Positions 51,654 to 59,747 of a DNA stretch of 64,000 nt are shown here, one piece after another. The notes under the pieces were generated by a model. That model saw only the letters and a list, made by a program, of their open reading frames with translations. It made no database searches and had not been told where the DNA came from. A program made the translations under genes and the position numbers. The stretch comes from Gemmatales bacterium (lineage in GTDB: Bacteria; Planctomycetota; Planctomycetia; Gemmatales; HRBIN36), in the NCBI GenBank assembly GCA_041640595.1, contig JBEPZY010000003.1, forward strand, positions 412,342-476,341, read 5' to 3'. Position 1 is the stretch's first letter, and every line of letters starts with the position of its first letter.

Positions 51654-52896
51654 CACAGGGGCTAACGGTCCCCCGTTCCTGGTTGCACACGCGACAGAGC
51701 CGTGACGAAAGCGACATTACGTCGCTAACGCGATTCATGGCACAACCACGGGGGGCTTACGCCCCCCGCTCTTGTTTGCACGACGTTTGTTCGCTGCATA
51801 AAGCGACATTGGCAGTGCACATACGCACGTCCGGCTCAAGAGCGGCGGGCGTCAGCCCGCCGTGGTTGGAGAAACGCGCTTGCAGGATGATTCGCTTCGT
51901 GTTCGGCGAACGAACGCACCTTGACAAGAGCGGCGGGCGTTAGCCCGCCGTGGTTGGGGAAACGCACTTGCAGGACGATTCGCTTTATGTTTGGCGAACG
52001 AACGTACCTTGACAAGAGCGGCGGGCGTCAGCCCGCCGTGCTGCCGAAAAACGTATCTGCAACGGCGAGCGATTTTCGCACAGCGACTACGTTTGCCCGG
52101 TGCAAGCAGCCTCACGACCACGGGGGGCTAACGCCCCCCGCTCTTGTGTTAGTGTACGGACGTCCGCCGGCGAAAAACGATTTTTTCGATGCACAAACGC
52201 ACGTCCGGCTCAAGAGCGGCGGGTGTCAGCCCGCCGTGGTTGGGGAAACGCGCTTGCAGGGCGATTCGCTTCGTGTTCGACGAACGAACGCACCTTGACA
52301 AGAGCGGCGGGCGTCAGCCCGCCGTGGGTTTGCAAACCGCATCTGCAACTGCTCTGCGCTGGATTTCCGCGTTGCAGGTTTGCATTTCGAGAACATTCCA
52401 CGGGGGGCTTACGCCCCCCGCTCTTGTGTTAGTGTACGGACGTCCGCCGGCGAAAAACGATTTTTTCGATGCACAAACGCACGTCCGGCTCAAGAGCGGC
52501 GGGCGTCAGCCCGCCGTGGTTGGGGAAACGCGCTTGCAGGGCGATTCGCTTCGTGTTCGACGAACGAACGCACGCCGACCAAGAGCGGCGGGCGTTAGCC
52601 CGCCGTGCTGCCGAAAAACGTATCTGCAACGGCGAGCGATTTTCGCACAGCGACTTACGTTTGCCCGGTGCAAGCAGCCTCACGACCACGGGGGGCTAAC
52701 GTCCCCCGCTCTTGTGTTAGTGTACGGACGTCCGCCGGCGAAAAACGATTTTTTCGATGCACAAACGCACGTCCGGCTCAAGAGCGGCGGGCGTCAGCCC
52801 GCCGTGGTTGGAGAAACGCGCTTGCAGGGCGATTCGCTTCGTGTTCGGGGAACGAACGCACGCCGACCAAGAGCGGCGGGTGTCAGCCCGCCGTGG
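51654..52896. repeat. REP/REPIN cluster 2
   Basis: About 14 copies of the same palindromes in both orientations, with repeated linkers. Confidence 0.92.
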
Positions 52897-53215
52897 CTCG
52901 GAACACGCGTTTGCAGCGGCGAGACCCTTGATATCTACGTCGCCATCCAGAACCGCCATCCGACTCGGAAAGCGCGTTTGCAGCGGCGAGACTCCGAACA
53001 AACGGAAGACTGGCTAGCGAGACTTTCGGCGGTCGGATTTCAGAACGGCGGTGTACCGATATACCGACCCATCGCTACTTCCGGCCTCGATAGCAAGAGC
53101 GTGGTGCAGAGCCTTGTGTGTTGACGATCCTGGCCAAGCTACGAAGAAGTTGAGGTTTGCTCATGCAAATGCAATCCCTGTAAAAGATCCTGGCCAAGCT
53201 ACGAAGGGGTTGAGG
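52897..53215. repeat. Two adjacent repeat-spacer-repeat units
   Basis: CTCGGAA..CGCGTTTGCAGCGGCGAGAC at 52897 and 52964; GATCCTGGCCAAGCTACGAAG..GTTGAGG at 53126 and 53186. Confidence 0.8.
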
Positions 53216-53422
53216 GAAATCCGCGAACATCGCCGCCCAGATGGCGAATCAGAAACAGGTACTGGCGATTATAATCTCAAAGATGACAGCGCCTGTCCCA
53301 GGCAGGCATGGGACCGGCGAGATGGCGTCTGCTCCAGTCGCTGTCCGGTTGGCGAATAAGACGACCGCATAACTCCAGTCAACCCCTCCGAGCACAAATG
53401 GCAAGAGTGCGGGAATGGGCCT

Positions 53423-54193
53423 ATGCTGGCGAAGCGAATCATACCGTGTCTGGATGTAGATCGCGGCCGGGTCGTCAAGGGCGTGAATTTCGTCAACCTG
53501 CGTGACGCAGGTGATCCGGTGGAGATTGCAGCCCGATACGAAGCCCAGGGAGCTGACGAGCTGGTGTTTCTGGACATCACCGCCAGCCACGAAGGCCGCG
53601 ATATTATGCTCGACGTGGTGCGTCGAGTGGCCGATACGATTTTTATGCCCTTTACCGTCGGCGGTGGCATTCGCACACTCGAGGATGCGACGCGGCTCAT
53701 TCAGGCCGGGGCCGAAAAGGTCAGCATCAATTCCGCAGCGGTGCGGACGCCGGAGTTGATTACGCAAATAGCTCGCAAGTTCGGCCGGTGTGCCACTGTG
53801 GTCAATATTGACCCGCGGAAGGTACGCAGGAATGGTCGGGTGATGTACGAGGTGTTCATCAACGGAGGGCGAATTCCGACAGGTCTGGACGCCCTTGAGT
53901 GGGCCAAACGCGTCGAACAACTGGGAGCCGGTGAAATTGTCCTGACCTCGATGGATTGCGACGGCACCAAAGCCGGATATGATCTGGAATTGACCCGGCT
54001 GGTGAGCGAAAGCGTAAACATCCCAGTCGTGGCCAGCGGTGGAGCAGGGTCGCCCGAACACATTTATCAGGCCCTGACGATAGGCGGAGCGGATGCGGCA
54101 CTGGCGGCCAGCATCTTTCACTACAACGAACACGGTATCCGTGAGGTCAAAGCCTACCTGGCACAACGCGGCGTGCCAGTACGGCTGACCTGA
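53423..54193 (+). CDS. hisF: Imidazole glycerol phosphate synthase cyclase subunit
   Basis: [38 protein letters not shown]. Confidence 0.98.
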   Translation: MLAKRIIPCLDVDRGRVVKGVNFVNLRDAGDPVEIAARYEAQGADELVFLDITASHEGRDIMLDVVRRVADTIFMPFTVGGGIRTLEDATRLIQAGAEKVSINSAAVRTPELITQIARKFGRCATVVNIDPRKVRRNGRVMYEVFINGGRIPTGLDALEWAKRVEQLGAGEIVLTSMDCDGTKAGYDLELTRLVSESVNIPVVASGGAGSPEHIYQALTIGGADAALAASIFHYNEHGIREVKAYLAQRGVPVRLT

Positions 54194-54313
54194 ATTTCGG
54201 CCCGGAGGGTTATGGATTTTGTGCCCCTACGGCTGTAAACTAATAGATGCACCGGGTCAAAAATTGCGGGGAAGGAGGCGTCTTTTCTTATTCGAGTAGT
54301 TGAGGAGGCGACG

Positions 54314-55501
54314 ATGGCACAGGCGGTCACCGGTAGCGAGCAAAATGCTGTCCCGGCAGCACCACGTAAAGAGCCGGAGATCAACAAACTCTTCCGTGCG
54401 GTAGTGAAACTGGAAGGTTCCGACTTGCATCTGAAGGTGGGCCAGCCACCCATGGTGCGGGTCAAAGGCCTGATTCGCCGACTCGATCACCCGCCGTTGA
54501 CCCAGGAAGATATGGAGCGGCTGTTTTTGCCGATCATGAAGGAACAACATCGCAAGGTGTTTTTCGAGACCGGCGGTGTGGACTTCGCCCACGTGATTGG
54601 CGAAGATGAACACCGTTTCCGTGTCAACATGTTTCGCCAGCGGGGCAAATGGGGCCTGGTCGCTCGCCGCGTCAACAATGTCATCCCACCGTTTGAGAAG
54701 CTCGGTCTGCTCATTCCCGAACAGGAGAAGGTTCGCAAGCCCGGAGAACCGGCGACCATCGAAAAACTGTGCATGTTCGATCAGGGGTTGATCATTCTGG
54801 CCGGCGTTACCGGTTCTGGTAAAAGCACGACCATTGCCGCCATGCTGGAATACATCAACTCCCGCGAGCCGGTTCACATTCTGACTCTGGAAGACCCGAT
54901 CGAATACCTGTTCCAGGACAAAAAGGCGATAGTGAACCAGCGGGAGATCTACGTGGACGTTTGCGACTGGCACACGGCTCTGAAGCACGCGGTGCGACAG
55001 GACCCGGACGTGATTCTGGTCGGGGAGTTGCGTGACCGGGAGTCATTCGAGTCGGCGGTACACGCGGCGGAGACCGGGCACCTGGTGTTCGGCACAGTGC
55101 ACGCTTCCAGCGCCGCCAGCACGATTAGCCGCATCCTCGACCTGTTCCCGCCCGACATGCACGGGGCGATCCGTCAGGCGCTGGCCTTCAACCTCAAGGC
55201 GGTCATCTGCCAGAAACTGCTCCCCTCAATCAAGCCTGGCAAATCCCGGGTGCCGCTTCTGGAAATCATGATCGTCAACCAGGTCATCCGCGAACTGATT
55301 CTGAAGGGCGAAGATAAGAAAATCCAGGACGCCATCCGTCTGGGTTATCCGGAAGGCATGATTGACTTCAACGAACACCTGCGGCAGCTGGTAGAAGCCG
55401 GAGAAATCAGTCGGGAGACGGCTCTGGAAGTCTCGCCCAACCCGGACGCGCTCAAGATGGCACTGAAAGGAATCAAAGTAGCACAACCTGGCATTCTATA
55501 A
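54314..55501 (+). CDS. pilT: Type IV pilus retraction ATPase PilT/PilU family
   Basis: GVTGSGKSTT, TLEDPIEY, RQDPDVILVGELRD, AETGHLVFGTVH. Confidence 0.92.
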   Translation: MAQAVTGSEQNAVPAAPRKEPEINKLFRAVVKLEGSDLHLKVGQPPMVRVKGLIRRLDHPPLTQEDMERLFLPIMKEQHRKVFFETGGVDFAHVIGEDEHRFRVNMFRQRGKWGLVARRVNNVIPPFEKLGLLIPEQEKVRKPGEPATIEKLCMFDQGLIILAGVTGSGKSTTIAAMLEYINSREPVHILTLEDPIEYLFQDKKAIVNQREIYVDVCDWHTALKHAVRQDPDVILVGELRDRESFESAVHAAETGHLVFGTVHASSAASTISRILDLFPPDMHGAIRQALAFNLKAVICQKLLPSIKPGKSRVPLLEIMIVNQVIRELILKGEDKKIQDAIRLGYPEGMIDFNEHLRQLVEAGEISRETALEVSPNPDALKMALKGIKVAQPGIL

Positions 55502-55699
55502 CAGGTATAACTTCCGCGCCTTTTTCCCAGTCTTTTCAGCGCGGTGGCGACGACGAAGCCCTGGCCGGTTCAGCTAGCGACAAGCTGGGCTTTATTTTCA
55601 CGCTTATTTATTCCTCGTCATCCCAGCAAGCCGTTAGCCAGAGCAACAAGGCCAAGGCTATTCGCAGGCTGACCGCGCTTGAGTGCCGGTGGGGTCTTT

Positions 55700-57418
55700 A
55701 TGCGGTCATTGGTGATCGTCTGGCTGGCGCTGTTCGGGTTCGGGCTGGTTATTGCTCCCGAGCTCGCTTGGGCAGCCGAGTTTCCGCGTGGCGAAGGGTT
55801 TTATTTCAGCGTGCCGAAAATGTTAGCAGTTCTTGCCTATTTTCTGGTCTGGCTGTTTTGTTGCGGCTGGGTAGATGCCGATGCTCAGGAACTCGACCTC
55901 GAACGCCTCACCTGGACAGGTATGACCATTGCCGGTGGCGTGGTGGGGCTGTGGTTATTCTGGTTGATGCCGCGTTTCTTCATCGGATACGTTCTGGCTC
56001 TGACCCTTCTGGCCGTGCCGGTGTTCTCGTACCTGCTTGGTCGCGATGCTCAGGTGGACCCGGTGCAAAGGGTGCTGACCAGCCGTCAGTTCAAGCGCCT
56101 GCTGCAAAAGGTATTTCGCATTGACCTGGGCGTGCCCGACGAACCGCCCAAAGCGAAACCGGTGCGGATACACTTTCTGCCCATCGGAGAAGAACGGCCC
56201 CAGCGAAACAGACGCTTACAGAAAGCGCGAGCCCAGCGGGGTTATCGTACCCTGCAAATGTTGCTGGAGGAAGCTTACCGTCGCCGGGCCAACGGCATCC
56301 GTGTGGAGATCGGCTCGGCAGGGGGGATGGTGCATTACCAGGTGGATGGCCTGCCCCATGCCGCGGTCGTCCTCGGACCGGGTCGGGCAGACGGTCTGGT
56401 GCGGGTGTGCTTGACGCTGGCGCAACTAAACTGGCCCCCGAACGGGCAACGTGTCCGTGGCGATTTCCCCTGTCAAATCGAACGCCAGCGCTATCGTGTT
56501 CGCGTCAGTTTCGATCGCCAGGAACTCAGAAGCCATCTGACGCTACGCCTGTATGCTGAAACCCATCGGGTTCCGGCCCTGCGGGAACTGGGCTTTGCTC
56601 CGGTGGTAGTGCAACAGTTGCAGCGGATTCTCAGCGGGCAGCGGGGTTTATTGATCATCTGCGGGCCGGAAGACAGTGGGCGAACCCAGCTGGCCTACAC
56701 CTTGTTGCAGGCCGCTCACCAACGCGGTTTACAGGCCACCAGCGTGGAATGGCCCTGCGACGTTCACCTCGAAGGTATCCGCTGGGTACCGGCAGAACCT
56801 CAGGCGGATGAACGTTTCCCGGCAGCGCTGAAACGCGTGCTGGGAGAAGTCAACGCCGACGTGGTGTTGGCCGGGGACCTGGATTCCAGGGAATTGTTCA
56901 GCGTGGCCTGCCAGCGAGCCGCCAAGCTGGACTTGCTTCTCATCGGCACCATCACGGCCGACGACGCCGTCCAGGGTTTGCAAAAGCTCTTCGAACTGGG
57001 GCTGACCCCGGCCGGATTTGCCCGACTGCTTACCGGTGTGCTGGCCGTGCGCCTGGTGCGGACGCTTTGCCCGGCTTGCAAAGTGAAATTTAAACCCAAC
57101 CCCGAACTGTTACGGCGAGCGAATCTTCCCGCCGAGCGGGTGCAATTTCTGTATCGTTCACCAGAACGAACGGCCAACCAGGACGGCGTGGTCTCCTGCA
57201 TAAGCTGCCAGGACCTTGGCTATCGCGGACGCATGCCGATCGTGGAACTGCTCCTGCCTACGGATGAACTGCGGGAACTGGTCAAAACTCGCCCTACGCC
57301 AGCCGTGCTCAGAGAGGCTGCCCTTCGCAGTGGCATGAGGCCTTTTTCCACGGAAGCGCTGCGGCTGGCTCTGGATGGACATACTTCGCTTATGGAAGTC
57401 GCCAGCTACTTGCAATAA
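55700..57418 (+). CDS. Membrane-anchored PilB/GspE-like protein with degenerate ATPase motifs
   Basis: N-terminal TM helices; GPEDSGRT; VVLAGDLD; RLVRTLCPAC...CISC..GYRGR. Confidence 0.8.
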   Translation: MRSLVIVWLALFGFGLVIAPELAWAAEFPRGEGFYFSVPKMLAVLAYFLVWLFCCGWVDADAQELDLERLTWTGMTIAGGVVGLWLFWLMPRFFIGYVLALTLLAVPVFSYLLGRDAQVDPVQRVLTSRQFKRLLQKVFRIDLGVPDEPPKAKPVRIHFLPIGEERPQRNRRLQKARAQRGYRTLQMLLEEAYRRRANGIRVEIGSAGGMVHYQVDGLPHAAVVLGPGRADGLVRVCLTLAQLNWPPNGQRVRGDFPCQIERQRYRVRVSFDRQELRSHLTLRLYAETHRVPALRELGFAPVVVQQLQRILSGQRGLLIICGPEDSGRTQLAYTLLQAAHQRGLQATSVEWPCDVHLEGIRWVPAEPQADERFPAALKRVLGEVNADVVLAGDLDSRELFSVACQRAAKLDLLLIGTITADDAVQGLQKLFELGLTPAGFARLLTGVLAVRLVRTLCPACKVKFKPNPELLRRANLPAERVQFLYRSPERTANQDGVVSCISCQDLGYRGRMPIVELLLPTDELRELVKTRPTPAVLREAALRSGMRPFSTEALRLALDGHTSLMEVASYLQ

Positions 57419-57491
57419 CGAAGCCGATCCACTCCGAGAGCCTGCTGGCCGGGCTTGCCATGCTGATTGTGCCAAACTTCCGAGTACCGCC

Positions 57492-58157
57492 ATGCTGGAA
57501 CTGCTGACCGTCGTGCTGACGCTGGCCACGGCTGCCTGGTTCGCCAACCAGGGTTTGTTTTTCGCCGCGGTGATGTGGTTCACCGTCTGGCTGGCGGGAT
57601 TTTTCGCCTTCTGGCTTTTCGAACCGCTGGCAGGCATCCTGGAAGCGTTGTGCGGCCCTTTCGCGGATGCGGTAGCGCTGACCGGATTATTCGCCCTGGG
57701 AGTCGTGGCCTTGCGCTGGGCTCGCCGGGTCCTGGTGCGACACGAGATCGAATTTCCCATCTGGGTGGAACGTGCCGGTGGGGCCGGCTTTGGTCTGCTG
57801 ACGGGATATGGTCTTGCCGGACTGATCTTTTGCGTCTGGCAGACACTTCCCGTGCAGGAACGCTTCCTGGGCTACGATCCCCAGCAGGGCGTCGGACTGG
57901 GCAAACCGGACCGCCTCTGGCTGGCCGCTATGCACCGCGCCAGTCGTGAGCAGCTGGCCCGTGGCGATCCGACTCTGGAGGAGCGCTACGTGTTCGACCC
58001 GGACGGGAGTTTCGTCTGGCGTTACGCCCGCTTTCGGCGAATTCCCTCAAGTCGGCCAGAAGCAGATGCCGCGGCGCAAGGCGAAACCCGACAACCTCGG
58101 CATCCGCGCGAGGAATTCCCATTCGGTCCTGTTTATGAACCCCGGCAGCAAGATTGA
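57492..58157 (+). CDS. CvpA-family membrane protein
   Basis: About 4 TM segments, ERAGGAGFGLLTG motif. Confidence 0.7.
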   Translation: MLELLTVVLTLATAAWFANQGLFFAAVMWFTVWLAGFFAFWLFEPLAGILEALCGPFADAVALTGLFALGVVALRWARRVLVRHEIEFPIWVERAGGAGFGLLTGYGLAGLIFCVWQTLPVQERFLGYDPQQGVGLGKPDRLWLAAMHRASREQLARGDPTLEERYVFDPDGSFVWRYARFRRIPSSRPEADAAAQGETRQPRHPREEFPFGPVYEPRQQD

Positions 58158-59488
58158 TCGGCCAGCCCCAGGCGCTGACCAACCGCATCAACCAATTCCG
58201 CGTCCGGAACCTTGACCTGATCACCGGAACGCAAATCTTTCACCTGCCAGACGCCCTGAGCGATTTCCTGCTCGCCGCCAATGATCGCCAGCCGGTGCCC
58301 GCGCCTGTTGGCATAGCGAAGCTGAACGTCGAGCTTTTTCGGCTCCGGGTACAATTCGGTGCCGATCTTCGCCTGGCGGAGCCGCGCTGCCAGCCGAGCG
58401 TACAGCGCAAGCTTGTCGGGCACAAAGAACACCACCAGCACCGGAGCGGTGGCACAGCTTTGCGGCAACATTTTCAGTTCCTGCATGGCCGCCAGCACCC
58501 GATCCAGTCCCAGCGACGCTCCCACACCCGGCAAAACCTGTTTCGTGTACAAACTGGCGAGATTATCATACCGTCCCCCGGAACACACGCTGCCGATCCC
58601 CGGCAGGTCGTCGAGGAAGGTTTCGTACACCGTGCCGGTGTAGTAATCCAGTCCGCGAGCAATCGCCAGATCGATTTGCACGACCCCTTCAGGAATCCCC
58701 GCTGCCTGCGTGACTTCACACAGCTCCCGCAAACAGGCCAGGCCGTGTGCGGTTCTGGCGTTGTGGCCGAACTCCGACTCGACACGGCGGAAAATTTCCT
58801 GCGGCGAACCGCGAATCTCCGCCAGATCGAGAATCCGCTTCGCCTGCTCCGCAGCGATCCCCACACGCTCTCGCAATTCCTCCTCCACGCCACTGCGGCC
58901 AATTTTGCCGTATTTGTCCAACGCGCGCAAAACCGAAGTGCTTTTGTCGGCCAGACCCAGTTCCTCCAGCAGACCGTTCAGCACCTGCCGGTGGTTGACG
59001 TGTATGCGAAAGCGCTCGAAACCGATGGCTCGCAAAAGGTCGTAAATGACAAACACCACCTCGATGTCGGCCGCGTTGGCGGTCGTGCCGATGGTGTCGA
59101 AATCGCACTGGATAAATTCACGGTATCGGCCCCGCTGCGGATTTTCCCCACGCCAGACCGGCCCGATGTGGTACCGTTTGAATGGCGTCCCCAGCCGACC
59201 GATATGTTCCGCGGCAAAGCGGGCGAATGGTACCGTCAGATCAAACCGCAGCGCTACCTCCCGTCCGCCCGCATCCTGGAAACGGTATAGCTGTTTATCG
59301 GTTTCTTCCCCGCCCTTGCCCAGGAGAATCTCCGCGTATTCCAGGGCCGGCGTGTCCATCGGCAGGTAACCGTAAGAACGATACACCTGCCGCACCCGGG
59401 CAATGACCTCTTCGCGCGGCAGCTGCAATTCCGGCGGATAATCGCGAAAGCCCTTCAGCGTTCTCGGTTCGATCAGCGTCTGCGTCAC
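58133..59488 (-). CDS. hisS: Histidine--tRNA ligase
   Basis: LRFDLTVP, WRGENPQRGRYREFIQCDFD, ARGLDYYTG, GGRYD. Confidence 0.98.
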   Translation of the reverse strand: MTQTLIEPRTLKGFRDYPPELQLPREEVIARVRQVYRSYGYLPMDTPALEYAEILLGKGGEETDKQLYRFQDAGGREVALRFDLTVPFARFAAEHIGRLGTPFKRYHIGPVWRGENPQRGRYREFIQCDFDTIGTTANAADIEVVFVIYDLLRAIGFERFRIHVNHRQVLNGLLEELGLADKSTSVLRALDKYGKIGRSGVEEELRERVGIAAEQAKRILDLAEIRGSPQEIFRRVESEFGHNARTAHGLACLRELCEVTQAAGIPEGVVQIDLAIARGLDYYTGTVYETFLDDLPGIGSVCSGGRYDNLASLYTKQVLPGVGASLGLDRVLAAMQELKMLPQSCATAPVLVVFFVPDKLALYARLAARLRQAKIGTELYPEPKKLDVQLRYANRRGHRLAIIGGEQEIAQGVWQVKDLRSGDQVKVPDAELVDAVGQRLGLADQSCCRGS

Positions 59489-59747
59489 GGTCAGTTCCCG
59501 AAAAAGCGGCGACCAGGAGCGGCGAGCGTCAGCCCTTGGCTTTTATACGCTGCCTGAATCGTTTGCTATTGTATGCCGCGCTGCCTCGTCTGCCGCGGAG
59601 TATTTGCGTAAAATTGAAGTGGAAACATCTACCACCGGGCGACGCCAAGCGCGGGCGTCGCTTTTCATTTCTGGCCACCACAGTCGGCAGGCGGAACTTC
59701 GATAGCGGCGGGTATAAACCCGCCGTGGTGCCTGCTACGCGCCAGCA

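Noticed and set aside
51611..53124. ORFs such as 52189..53124 and a possible CRISPR array in the REP cluster
   Set aside because: The ORFs are translations of repeats; linkers are repeated and palindromes alternate orientation, unlike CRISPR
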